Shown here: in pieces, positions 27,075 through 39,632 of the stretch | Position numbering within the stretch: the stretch's first letter is position 1 | Layout of the letters: each line of letters begins with the position of its first letter | Assembly (NCBI RefSeq): GCF_000143415.4 | Contig: NW_003314328.1 | Location: 523,889-587,888, forward strand | Direction: 5' to 3' | DNA length: 64,000 nt | DNA from: Selaginella moellendorffii | Taxonomy: Eukaryota; Plantae; Lycopodiophyta | Program-made: the position numbers and the translations under genes | The notes under the pieces: generated by a model | Database searches by the model: none | Told to the model about the DNA's origin: nothing | The model's input: only the letters and a program-made list of their open reading frames with translations

Positions 27075-27225
27075 TTGTAGTGCATGTAATCATGGGATGA
27101 AATTTGGATATACTATCACTATAAATTTTTAGAACTTTGGGGGATAAATAGGGATAAAATAGCTATTAAAGGCTCTTTTATCAAGCAATTACCCTTTTTT
27201 CAGTTAGTTTAAGGGGAGAAAAATA
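27075..27225. repeat. Dispersed AT-rich repeat inside a copy-2-specific insertion (~26825-27240); inverted copy at 59028-59175
   Basis: CATGGGATGAAATTTGGATATACTATCA...ATTAAAGGCTCTTT..CAAGCAATTACC matches 59028-59175 in reverse complement. Confidence 0.7.
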
Positions 27226-27745
27226 GAGTGCACTATAAGAGTTATGAGCCAATGTTAATCATCAAGCCCCCACCACTAACTTCTATAGAGCAAATACTTA
27301 ATGGACACAATTAAAACATCAGTATTGAAGAGCCTCTTACTACTGATGACAATGTTAATGAGGAAAAAAATGATGGGCCACACAATGAGTAAGATGAAGC
27401 AAAACCTTTTTATCTTAAGAATTCCCACATCCAAAGAGCTAGTTTTAGTAAATTTCTCTTTCCTTCCTTATGCAAGTCCTCACTAAAGGCCCCATCTACT
27501 CTTGTAGCACAACCCATGGTAGTCTTAAATAGTGATAATGGTTTTGGGCCAGAAAATTTCATATAGCCACCACCACCTTTTTGTGATAAAGGCTACTAGA
27601 CACTAGTCCTTCATCTTCACCAATGTAAATACTTGAGATATGGGAATAATAAATTAATTAGGGTTTAGACCTTTGCTTAAATACAAGAATGGATCCCACT
27701 ACTGGAAATGCTAACTCTATAACAACTCAAGTGTAAGTGGTTTAG

Positions 27746-28871
27746 TGTCGTAAATGTGACTTCGGGTATCGAAAGTTACCTGTCGGCCAGTCCTTACGGA
27801 CACTCTTTCCTTACTGCCACGATGGCAGGAGGTCGGTATTGTTAGGCCCGTTATCAATCTCCGCCTAAGCTAGTTAAGAAACTAGTCTTTGCGTGTGCAC
27901 TTGACCAGAAGAGCATAAGGAAGGAATTCCTAAGTGTCTATTTAGTCAAGCATACTTGACCTGGTTAGAGAAACTCATTCGTTGACTTACACTTGCTAGT
28001 GTTAGGAACCCCTGCAATATTGAGATTGGTCCCTCAATAATTCGCTAGATGATAGCTTACTATGTCTGCTAAACACCTTCACTATCATACCCTTTATGTT
28101 AATCTCATTTCGGTCCCAAATACTATTTATGGAAAGTGTCTTGATTTGCTCATTTGGCATATCTACGGAATGTAGAGATTGACCTAAACACAATGGTGTT
28201 CGTCCCATGTCCAAATTCGCAATCTAGCGCCATTCTATATTTAATAAGTTTCAAACTTGTTCCAGAGACTAACTCCTGATACTAAGGGAGGCTTGGGGTG
28301 AAAGCCCAAAGTGTGTGTTCTTGAAAGGGGGGGGGGGGGGGGGCACTGTGGGGGGTTCCAAATGTATAATAGGGATAGTGGGTAGGTCGGGCATGGCTGA
28401 CCAACCTGAGGCATAGTTTAGNNNNNNNNNNNNNNNNNNNNNNNNNNNNNNNNNNNNNNNNNNNNNNNNNNNNNNNNNNNNNNNNNNNNNNNNNNNNNNN
28501 NNNNNNNNNNNNNNNNNNNNNNNNNNNNNNNNNNNNNNNNNNNNNNNNNNNNNNNNNNNNNNNNNNNNNNNNNNNNNNNNNNNNNGGGATGCTGGTTGCT
28601 CTAGGACTGTTCCAAATCGCTCCAAGCTCTTGTCCCTTTGCTCCTTGAGCTGTATGCTCGGGAGTTGCTCTGGGGTTCGGTTCTGTTGCCCCTTGGCTCC
28701 ATACTTGGGAGTTTGGCACCATTCTTTTGTTTAGTGGCCCAAGGCCTTGAACCTCGGGTTCCACACCACTGTCCTTGGACACATGGCATAAAGAAGGTTT
28801 AGGCTCCGCTTTGTGGTGTTATCCTATGGTAAATCACCATAGGATAAAGGGTAAAAACCACGTGCGCTACA
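27746..28871 (+). mobile_element. Solo LTR of gypsy family 2 with TSD TTTAG
   Basis: TGTCG...CTACA is flanked by TTTAG on both sides and is absent from the copy-1 site (~9575). It is homologous to LTR 57496-58635, and the N-gap length matches the missing LTR segment. Confidence 0.88.
28422..28584. other. Assembly gap (163 N)
   Basis: Run of N. Confidence 1.
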
Positions 28872-29670
28872 TTTAGTTATAGAGCATGTACTTAATGTAT
28901 ATTATTGTTGATTTGTGCACTTTTGAGTTGAAGCAAAGTGTATGGATAGATGCTGCCATGGATTATAATAACACATTGAAGGGGGATGGTCCAAACTTGA
29001 GTTGAGCTTAACTTAACACAAGTTATAATAAAGACTAAGAGTGTAATATAGAAATTATGGTAATGAAATAAAATTAACATTTTTACATTCCTTTATGCTA
29101 CAACTTTTACTCACAGATTTTTTGTTTTCGTTGCTCTCCATCTTCTCAAGAACCCTAGAAAAATCTTTTGAATGAAGAAATAGTATGTAATTATATAACA
29201 ACTATAAAAATAGTCAAAATATGAAGTAGTCAAATAAAAAAATGACAACTGTAACATTAGTCATAGTAAAATAATATAGCTTTACAAAATATAGGTTCTC
29301 GTGAACTTTATCTTTCTTAAAAAACTCAATTTAGTAGAAACTTTTAACTTAAGGATTTATATTTTCAATATTTTAAAGTTCGTTAAAACCTTCTTTTCTT
29401 CAATTTAGATTTCTTTTGTAAGACTTTTAGTTGATTGTGTTGACTTAAGTTATGGAAACCACTACATTGATAAAAATACATTTATTACATTTGAAATAAC
29501 AGTTTAGAATAAAGAAATGAAGAAATGAAGAACATAAAGGAAAACACCAAAAATTCTATTCCATAAAACTTCTCATGACATTTATAATTTATATATTAAT
29601 TCATATCAAAGATTCTCTATCATTGGAGCTCAAGATATCAAATAAGCCAATTGTTCCATCGCAAAGAACC

Positions 29671-30144
29671 ATGGAGTATGTCTTTGATCCCAGGACAAAC
29701 TCCCTTGTTCCTGCTCCTCCACCAGCTGGCGTTCCAATGCCACTTCCAGGGCTCCTCAGCCACCAGCTCTGCCTCCTCCAGCTGTCCAAGCGTTGTGCGT
29801 GGCAGCACACAACGCTTGGACGAGGTGAGCAAGCACGAGGTGATCCAGCAGTGAGCTATGATGCAGCGGCGGTGATGGCCGGGTGCGATGCAGCAAGAGA
29901 TTGGGACAGGCGTGATGCGGCAAATTGGGATGAAACGGCCAGCTTTCTGCGAGGCGGCAGTGCCACAGTGATGGGCGGGCAGTATGCTTTGACGACAGTG
30001 GCATGGGATGGACCACGGGACGATCCGGCAACTGAAAGCATCGAGCGTCATTTCCCCAGCCCAGAGCTGGAGCTTTCGCTGTGTCCTCCAGGGACAGTAG
30101 CTCACAACCTGGGCGACGGTGGCAAAGACCTGTGGGGATCGTAA
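29671..30144 (+). CDS. Putative orphan ORF (157 aa from MEYVFDP), Pro-rich N-terminus and C-terminal LELSL
   Basis: Single-copy, GC-rich, CpG-retaining ORF after a long AT-rich stretch. No recognised domain. Confidence 0.35.
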   Translation: MEYVFDPRTNSLVPAPPPAGVPMPLPGLLSHQLCLLQLSKRCAWQHTTLGRGEQARGDPAVSYDAAAVMAGCDAARDWDRRDAANWDETASFLRGGSATVMGGQYALTTVAWDGPRDDPATESIERHFPSPELELSLCPPGTVAHNLGDGGKDLWGS

Positions 30145-33100
30145 GAGAAATGGCGGACAAGCTCTTGTTGTTTATACGGTGAGGTCTCCTTCGAAGTGAA
30201 GCCCTTGTGCAACGTGTAGATGCTCCCCTACTAACTTTCTCCTCTCGGCTGGTTGGCTTGGAACCTTAAAATCTACAAAGCAAAAACCCTATTTTATGCA
30301 TACAATCCAGGGCAAAGATTCCGGTGGTGGGGTGGATGCCATGCGTTGGCGATCGCGTGGCGGAATGGTTCCGCAGTGGCATAGGCTCCAGACTGCTGAT
30401 GGTTGTGAGGGCAACGTTCTCTCACTTTGGACTGGAGCTGGATCATCCCCCGGGTGCGTGGTTCTTCGAAGTCCTGCCCGACTCCACTGTCTCTTCCACT
30501 GTCTCGGAGCTCAAGTGGAAGATCTGGACTGTGGCCGTCGCACGCGTCCTTGGCGCTACCGTGCCGGATGGCTACTTGCACCTCTTCATCGCGGCCGACT
30601 ACTTCACGCGCCACACCGCTGCACAGGCCGCTGCACGTACGCCCTGACCGAACTCCACCTTGTGAGTGCTTGTTTGGACCGTGTAGCAAAGTTACGGTTT
30701 TTTCCTTTTTTGCAGGTCACGGATCGGACGCCAACGTCTTTCCCATTGGTCATCACAGATGAATATGTGTCAGGTAGCTATGCGTATCTTCTTCTTTGGA
30801 TTCCTCTCAAACTGAGAGCTTGGTTCCTTTTCCACAGCCATCGTGTCGATATTGTTTCCTTGCACTCTCTCGCCCACTTGCGTTGCTGATGCCGCTCTCC
30901 TGTTCGATGCGAGCGGCAAGGTTTGTGTCGTCGTCTTCACCTGGCTGTTGCTCCAGCTCCAGAGCAACAAGCAGCCGCTGGAATGGCTCGACGCATTCGA
31001 AGCACAAGCTATAGCAGGTGACCGTGGTGGCCGTGGCGGAGCTGGACCGCTGGAAAATCTCTTGCTGCTGTTCTTGAGCAAGCAAGCAGTGCTGAAGGAT
31101 GAAAAGTTGTCCCCGGCATCCTTGGACAAGCTCAAACGGATACGTTCCTGCATCGAAAACGCGCCCAGGATAGAGTGGAAGTCCATGGACCTCACCGTCG
31201 CTCTGCGCCAGATGTTGGAGGTATGATGATTGATACCGTTTTGCTTGAAAGCATTCAACTTTTGTGTGGAAGGAGGTGATGGCAGCGGGAGAAATCCAAT
31301 GGGACAACCAGATTCGTGCCCGGCTCGAGCAGTGGATCCAAGGCCACTACAACTTCCACCGCGTGGAGCCGCTCTTCCAGGAGCACGCAGACGTGAGCGT
31401 GCCGATTGCGCGCCTGATCTATACATGGATGCACACAAGGAAGGGATGCCGCGACCACGCCGAGCTCAAATCCCTGTGCTCGGCAGCAACATCATCGGAG
31501 TCGATTGTGGAGCACATCCAGGCTACGATGAGCCGGGGAAGCAGCAACGAGTGCCGCCAGCTTTGTGACGCGGCTGCCACCGTCTTTGGCAATGACTACG
31601 GTAGCCTTTTCGTGGAGATTTGCGCCAACGTGCAGTGGGATCCATGCCTGACCGCGTGCTCTCTAGAAGAATTCGGGGCGATCAAGCAGGCAGCCTGGGA
31701 CGGACTCTTCCGGGCTGCGAGCTCCGACAGCACGCTTCAAAGGCACCGTTTTGACAATGGCAGCCGCAACGAGGCCATATGGAGACCTCGGATTTCCGAC
31801 ATGATCCTCTACATAGTTTATGTAAGCATGTAAATGATTCCATCCATCGCTTACGAGTTTGCTGCTGCAGCTGATCCTCGAGGACTGCTTGGGCGCCAGC
31901 GTTGATCGTGAGAGGTGGAAACGAGACTGTGAGTCTATACAGTGCCTTTCTCTTTGCTCAATCGTGATCCTTTTTGCTTGGATCGTCACAGGCAAGTCAC
32001 TGCTGTATACCAGACGGGGGGGGCAGCGCGTGTCCCGCAGTGGAAAAGGGGTTTTTGTTGCGATTAGCAACTCCACCAGAGGAATCTGTGAGGCGTTTGC
32101 GGCGTGGATCCAGTCTCCAAGCACGCAGAGGGACTTGGGAGCGAGCTCGGATGAGATCCGTCATGCCATAAGAGAGGCAGTTGTCTCGGCTGGTGGAGTG
32201 GAGTATGACGAGGACAGGCCGCAACTCTGGGCCAGGATGCAAGAGCTGCTGGGTGTCACTGGCAACATTTGGATTTGCATGCTTGCTCGTGCCTATGTGC
32301 AGCAAGAACACCACTTTGGTGCTTTCAAAAATGCCGCAAATTATTCCGGTGAAGATCTGCCCACAATTGTCCGCAAGCATTCAGGCCCAGAAAGTACACC
32401 AAGGATCGAAGTTTTCCACGGCCTCGGTAGCGCTTCCAAGAAGTTTCCTTGCAATTGAGATTTCTTTCAAAGCCAGGCTAATCTGCTATTTGCTGAAGCT
32501 GTCAAACCGAGACCCAAAAGGAAGCACACTTTTCTAGTAGGAGAGTTCCTCAAGAAGTACTGCTACGTCAGCAAGGCTTCACTTGCTATTAATAGGAAGT
32601 GAAGCCCTAAGAGCAACACTAAATAATAATGGTCAATATTAATTTCTAAATCAATATTGGCAAAATCTGTCTAAAAAATAGTATTATTATTTTTATTAAA
32701 TTAGTGCTAAATTAATTAGCAGTAAATTTAGCATCACTGCTAAATTAATTATTTTTATTTTAAAAATATTATATCTTTGTAATGCTAAAACCAAACGTAT
32801 CTATAAGTAATATTGCATATTTCATTTTTTGTTTTTTTACAAGTGGAAACAAAAGAAAAATAAAACATACCTTAATAACCAAGTATTCAAATGTTTTATC
32901 AATTTGTAAAACTAGCAAGAGTTATAAAAGGTCTTTGATAACTTGGTAGTTTCTTTCAGGTTGAATTCCCCCTAAATTAGGTGAGCATATGAAATGATTT
33001 CCACCCAACTAAATATCCATAATTTTAAATTAGTATTTAAATAACCATATTATAAATCATAAATAGTTATATCATTTCTTACACCTTCTTGTGATAGTAT

Positions 33101-34370
33101 TTTAGAAATGAAAAAATGTTATTTATAGTATTTTCTCCTAATTTTATTCTCTAGAGCCCTTACCCTGATCTTTTGGTGATGATGAGCTTTTATTCTATGC
33201 TACGAGTTGCTAGAAAAACACCTAGGCAATCTTGAAGAATTACAAAGTTGTGACAGGGATCCAAGTTGACGGTTTGGAAGTTAAGATAATAGCAATTTAC
33301 AAGCTCAATGTGCTTTTCAAGCAGCAATCCAAAAACCATGAACAAGCTGGATGCATATGAACTTGGATCCGTGGATTGCTCACTTCTTTTCACTACAAAT
33401 GGAGTCTTCAAGAGAAGATCTCATTTCGAGATTTCACATGCTAATTATAATCAAACCAATTCCTCTAGTGGCTGCCAAACTTTAATCTCCAGGATCCCAC
33501 AATGAGCATTTTCATCTCAGCAGAAGATCCAAGATTTCACTTGAACAATTAGATTCTAGACTCTAAGTTTTAGTTATATTATGTTAAGGATTATATTTTT
33601 TATGATAATTGATTATTATTAATTGTAAATAGGATATTCTTATATAAAGATTATAAATGTTATATTAACTATGTATGTTATAATTATGATTTTGTTAAAA
33701 ATTCTAACTTTTCACTCCCAACATAGCTGTAGTGGGATCCCCTAGGGTCGAATATTCCACCACTAGGCATGATGTTATTTATCATGTTTATATACCCATC
33801 CCATACACCAATGGGGCCATGCATGGATCATTATCCCATTCATCCAAGCCATTCTAAGTGTCACTATTGTGCATCTTTCATTTGCTTATTTCATTGAAAG
33901 GGGGCTGATGCCAGTTTTATGGGTAGTGTGTCCATGCCAAGTGATCCTAAATGGGATCCTTTAGATAAACTCCCTAAAAATTCTTTGCTCTATTTATCGC
34001 ATAATGATGGTAGTTTGGATGGATACAATCTAAGTTCAAAAGGTGGGCAAGGTTTGAGTTCTAGTATAAAGTTCATTTCTTTTACACTCTAATAGTTTGG
34101 CTATGTTATTTTTATGTAAGGCTTTTTCAGAACAAAACAAAGGGATGTTTAGGTTCCTTTGAACCTTCTAAATCTCAAATTGATTAGTGGGGGTAAAAAA
34201 ACTTGTCTTGGCATTTGGAACAAGAAGGAAGGATACCTCAAGCCCTTAGATCTAGACTTTTTTGAGCATTGTGAGATGGGCAATCTCTATATTATAGATA
34301 TGTAGAGAAAAAAAAGCCAAAAGATAACTTTGTAATTTCTCTCATTAAAGTTCATATAAGTTCTCTAATC
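30133..34370 (+). repeat. Segment E', inverted duplicate of 15261-19398
   Basis: Reverse-complement identity about 99% in the GC-rich exons and lower in the AT-rich part. Confidence 0.95.
30150..32458 (+). pseudogene. Unknown multi-exon gene, copy 2 (introns 30662-30715, 30774-30837, 31221-31272, 31822-31870, 31929-31991)
   Basis: Removing five 49-64 bp GT-AG introns joins the exons in one frame from ...TELHL|VTDRTP to ...KKFPCN*. The upstream exon has a frameshifting deletion near 30615, and the copy-1 ATG reads GTG here. Confidence 0.68.
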
Positions 34371-34719
34371 TGTCTGAACAGTAAGACTTTTCGTGATCTC
34401 TCTTGTTCTTTTTTCTTTTTGTAGAAACAAAACGAAGGCGAAGGAAAACGTTTGCCCGAGTATTGGAAATATTATGGAATCTCCAACAACACCGAAGGAG
34501 GTACCTAACTAAATCTAGATCATTCCAGCTGAATAAACGTTATCACTTCAGACAACATCAATGTCGAACGGTAATGAACTTGGCTCTTGGAGAGTACAGT
34601 CCGGAAGTAACTTGGGATTTTTCTTTTCTCAATATATATTGTTTTTCTGTGAGGTGAGTAGTTTTTCTTCTACTTTCCCGTCTATCCCTTGAGGCTAACA
34701 CCAGTATTGCTTTCATGCA

Positions 34720-35560
34720 GCCAATCCTTGCCTTTCTCCTCTATGGAAAATTCTACAGACAAAAAGATACCCCTAGCCAAGACACTGATAAAGCCTGACA
34801 CTTCGAAGAATGGAGGATCTGCAAAAGGCCGTTGCAACGTTGTGCTCTGTCAAGAACCTCCAAAGATTGTGAGTATGTTGTTCCAGTCATTGCTTGCATC
34901 TGGATGGAATCCAAAGGCAATCCTCGTCTTGAAGCCTTCTTGACCAAGCCATTAGTCATCGATGTCATGATGGAGTTCATGGTTACGTCCAAGTCCCTGC
35001 AAACGCAAAGAACAGTGCCTGCTAACCGAGTTCATCCACAACAACGGCAGCGGATAGTAGACTACGACCCAAGTCTCGGATGGGTGAGCAAGACCTTCCA
35101 ACAAGGCAGGATTCCACAGGCAGTGGTTCTTCTCTACTTGCTCAAGCTCCCCTCGCCAGAGCTCGAGGCTCTCCAGCTCGTCCCCGTGCTTGTGGAAGTC
35201 CTCCAGGAACAGGTTGTGGTGGATCTGACCTCTCCGGCCCTCCGGGCTCCAAGAGCAGCGGCGATCTTTCTCTTGGAGCAGCTCGTCTCTTTCGACCTTT
35301 GCGCGATCGCCAAGGTGTCTGAGGGGGCTGTGCCGTATCTCCTCCAGTGCCTCGAGTCCAAGACGCCTGAAGAGCAAGTGAGCGTGATGGTGATCCTGCT
35401 GTGCTGCTGCATGGAGGCGGACCAGACGTGTAGCAACTTCATCGCTCAGCATTGCAAGCCGTCCAAGCTGATGCAGCTGGTGCAATCGCACAACAGCCGG
35501 TCCAGGGAGATCACCATCGCCTTCGTTCACAGCTTGCTCCTGGCACGCAAGAAGTTTTAA
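34720..35560 (+). pseudogene. LIN/CERBERUS-like E3 ligase ARM-region fragment, copy 2 (34372-35395 is the inverted duplicate of 1556-2622)
   Basis: AAIFLLEQL...VPYLLQCLE...VILLCCCMEADQTCSNFIAQH resembles LIN AAIAILEQ...IPTLVKYLE...VLLCCMQAEKSCKNLIA. Frameshifts near 34812-34860. Preceded by an intron-like GTGAG..CTAAC..CAG (34654-34720). Confidence 0.72.
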
Positions 35561-38500
35561 AAAGATAGCTTGGTTTTGTCCTCCACAACTCGAGGGATAG
35601 CGCTATGTTTTAAAAGAGAAGGGTAGTTGGTTGACCGTTGACGTTATAGTTGACCGAGTATTTCGCTTTAATCCCCTGAGCAATTACATTTATACTGCTC
35701 GCCCTCTCTTGCAGGATCTTCCAGCTTTGGCACACTAGCTCCTGCCTTGAAAGTGAAACTGCTTCTATGTGCATGGAACAGAAGACCTGGAAGAGGAGCT
35801 CCAGCAATCCCAAACTATACCCTTCCAAGTCTCGCCCATTTCAGAGATCTCCAACCTGAACCTACCACTATGATGACATGGCTGCCTTGGCAAACATCTA
35901 TGAACACAAACATTGGTTCGAACAGCAAACCTGTGGATGCAGCACCCAGCACCACCTTCCTTTCAACTGGAGCACCTTTCTGATGCTTCTCGGCTCTGTC
36001 CAGAACCTGGCCATATGCCTCTTCAAGCTTAGAGAGGTTGTCTTTGATCTCCACATAGATGTCACAGCTCTTGTATGCATTATCTATGAAAAACATAGTG
36101 CCCAAACTGTTAGGTGCCAACTTTGACCACATGATCAACATCAGTCAAAGGGAGGTTCAAAGGTACATAAAGGCATGTTAGAGTGAGGAATTTAACTTAC
36201 CCTAGGGCTCACAATGGAGTGGCGGTGCAATGGAACTTTTGAGGTAGCTTGGGGGTGGTTGGGTGATGAAGAACTTCAAAAGGGGGTGTAACATAGTCTA
36301 GAAAGACTAAATCTTTGTCTTTTTGCACCACATCATAACATTGGTATCAAAAGAGTTGGTTGTGATGGCCGACCAAGTTGAATGCTAGAATTCTATTGTT
36401 GATGGTGGTGTTGATGATGGTGTTGATGGAGCTGTGGATTCAAGATGTTGTTCATGAGGTATGAGCCCTTAACCAAAATCAACAAAAGATGCAAGATGAG
36501 ATGCATGACATGATGGATGCCATGCGTGAGCATGTTAAGGCACTCGAGATTGGATGTGGTAGCGCTCTAAATAAGCCTTCTTTGGTAGATTGGCTCAAGA
36601 TTCTAACTTTTTCCAGTGATGGTAGTATGGATGAGTGTTTCACTTGGCTAGCCAATATGAATAAATTCTTGGCTATTACGGGAACTCTAGATGCAAAGGC
36701 TTTAATGGCTATTCCAATGGTTTTGCGTGATGTAAGTCTTTGGTGGTGGAATTGACTTGAGGAGTCTCATATCTACCATGAATGAGTTTGAGGCTACTTT
36801 TTATTTACGTTTTGCCCCTCACTATGAAGTGAAGAATGCTCGCATAGAAATTTGACATTTCCAGCAAGGGAAAATAATGTTTGGAGACTATATTAAGAAG
36901 CTTACTCACTTGATTAGCCATGTTCCAATGAAGGATCAAGATCAAAACAAATCCTACTTCATTGATGGCCTTCATAGTGAGAGCATGCAACAACACTTGT
37001 GTCATTTTTAGCCTACAAAGAGTTTGGAGGAGCTTTTTGATGCAACTCGTCGACTTGACAATGAGAAGCATAAATCTTGCAAGCATTTGTGGAGTCCTTT
37101 TGTTGAGAATTGTCGTGATGATCATTATGGACACAAGGATGGCAACAAACATCACAAGTTGAAGTTTATAGTGACTACTTCGGATGCAAAGGGGTCAAAG
37201 AAGCAAAAGTTCTTTGTGAAGAATTATAGATAAGGTTGTCACCATTGTGATGAGCTTAGACACTACAAGGCTGATTGTCCACAATTAAAGAACAAATAGT
37301 AGGGCAAAAAGAATGGCCTATTTGCTATTGACGGTAAGTTAGATATTAAAAAGTTGCAAACTTTGCAATGTAAAGATAATGGGGACAACCATTCCAGTTA
37401 GAGGAAAAGGCTTTTAATTGTTTTTTGTCAACTTAACTATATGTGGAACAAGATGGAGTTCGAGGATACTCATGAATTAGCTTTAATGTTGAAGGGCGTG
37501 TTCTATGGCAGTCCAATGCAAATTTTACTAGATAGTGGGAGCAATGACAACTTTGTTTCGGCAAAGTTTGTTGTGGAGTATGGCCTGATGACATAAGTTC
37601 TTCCATACACAGTGGAAAGTGCAGCTACCTCTGCTCAACATTTTGATACTTATGTAGAATGGTTAGCACATTTGTGGAGACTTTTTATCTTGTGGATATC
37701 CATCGTGTGGATTTCATTCTTGGGATGCCATTGTTGGTGAAGGTGGATCTAGAGATAAAGTAAAGTATTAAGCATGTCTCACTAGAGTATAGTGGCGTTA
37801 AAGATGTGTAATTTGGAGAGGGAGTTCAACCTCCAATTGTTATGCTCTCCACTACATTTTGAAGTGGGTTTATCATAATGGAAAAACACTTTCGAATTAC
37901 TTATTATTTGTTCGTGACTTGGGGGACCAAGGCATATGTGGGGGAGAAGTAACAATACAAGATGTATTTGACGAGTTTTTTGATGTTTTTCCATCTGAAT
38001 TTCCTCAAGGGTTACCTCCATTATGAGGTGTGGAGCATGGGATTGTTGTAAGCGACTAAATTTTTCATTCTACTTTAGTCACTTAACCACACCTCTGACC
38101 ACTTGGAGGAGTCTCATTCACAACCTCCATAAGTCCAATCCAGGGCTTGGGACTTGCTAGCCCCGAGAATGGCATCCATACCACTCAACATTTGCACTTG
38201 GTCCAAGTGCTCTACGTGTCTGATCCCATGACCGACACTCAAAGGTACCACCGACATAGCAGCCCGTTACGCTAAGGCCATGCCCAATCACCTTTGCCAC
38301 ACTGGTAGTCCAATACCACTTGCATCACCGTCTTGGCTCTCCAAGACTAGGCAAACCATCCGTGAGTGGTCATCTCAGATCCACTCCTTAGCATCCTTAG
38401 GATGCCCACCGACAAGGGGAATAGCCTTCCCCAATATCCCTCTGTCAGTCCCCACTAAGTCCCTTTCAGCCCCTGGCCGTGTTTGCCAACACTGCCACTG

Positions 38501-39061
38501 GATCAAGACCCACAAGCCCGACCACTAAGTCCCACGGTCCTCTGGGACTTCCTCACCACACAACTGTGTCCTTGGTCACTACCCCAGAGGACTGCTCCTC
38601 TTCCTTTCCACAGTCTGGGCCTTTGGGACAACATTTCGGAACACCGTGGCCTTACACGAGCCACCTAGGTACTCTCCTCGCCTTCTGCCCTTGGGTGCTC
38701 TAGCCATGGGCTTAGAGCGGGTTCCGTTGAGCCACACCAGGTATCCAAGTAGGTAGTGCCACCCACACTTGGACTGGGAGCATCGGCCAGTCGATCTCCC
38801 GGGGGAACTAGAGCCGGCTCTTGAACACTTCACCAAGCTACCCCGCTTGTCGGTCTGTGTTCACTCTAGTCTTGGACTTCCCAGTGGGCAGCACATCACC
38901 CAACACTGGGTCTGGCCTTCCTGGGCCAAACTGGCCTTTCCTGGCCAAACTGGCCTTTCCTGGCCAAACTGGCTCCACTGCAGTCCTCCCCCTACTATAC
39001 TTTTGGAGCTCACCAAACCCCCCAGGGTCTGGGAGACGAACGCTTTGGGCTTTCACCCTCT

Positions 39062-39632
39062 CAGACTCGAACTCGGACTCGGACTCGGACTCGGACTCGA
39101 ACTCGGACTCGGACTCGGGCTCGGGCTCGGTCTCGGCCTCGGCCTCGGTCTCGTTCTCGGTCCTGATCTCGGTCTCGGTCTCGGTCTTGGTCTCGGTCTT
39201 GGTCCCGGTCTCGGTCTTGACTTCGGACTCCATCTCGGACTCCATCTCGGACTCCATCTCGGGTCCATCTCAGGTCCACCTCGGACTCCATCTCGGACTC
39301 CATCTCGGGTCCATCTCGGGTCCACCTCGGACTCCATCTCGGACTCCATCTCGGGTCCATCTCGGGTCCACCTCGGACTCCATCTCGGACTCCATTTCGG
39401 GTCCATCTCGGGTCCACCTCGGACTCCATCTCGGGCTCCATCTTGGACTCCATTTCGGGTCCATCTCGGGTCCACCTCGGACTCCATCTCGGACTCCATC
39501 TCGGGTCCATCTCGGGTCCACCTCGGACTCCATCTCGGACTCCATCTCGGGTCCATTTCGGGTCCACCTCGGACTCCAACTCGAGTCCATCTCGGACTCC
39601 ACTTCGGACTCCAACTCGAGTCCATCTCGGAC
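39062..39632. repeat. Compound micro/minisatellite in the X1 3' LTR
   Basis: (GGACTC)n, (GGTCTC)n, then 11/12-bp units ATCTCGGACTCC / ATCTCGGGTCC. Confidence 0.97.

Larger units (their letters stand above)
20908..28979 (+). repeat. Segmental duplication of 2889-9678 (P450 + kinase remnant + IS3EU-like unit)
   Basis: Collinear direct similarity from TTCAAGTCTGTATACAGC to ATGGATAGATGCTGCCATGG...CACATTG, with independent insertions in each copy. Confidence 0.93.

Noticed and set aside
31264-31400. LEQWIQGxYNFH resembling the C-terminal motif of microbial-type terpene synthases, which would imply a terpene synthase-P450 cluster
   Set aside because: No DDxxD, NSE/DTE or RY motif was found and the protein continues far beyond this point. 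The similarity is too weak without a profile search.
35640-36107. Minus-strand coding-like stretch (FFIDNAYKSCDIYVEIK...)
   Set aside because: It is interrupted by stops and by the LTR, and no family was recognised.
39062-39632. CRISPR-like or telomeric array
   Set aside because: There are no unique spacers, the unit is not TTTAGGG, and the array lies inside LTRs in eukaryotic DNA.
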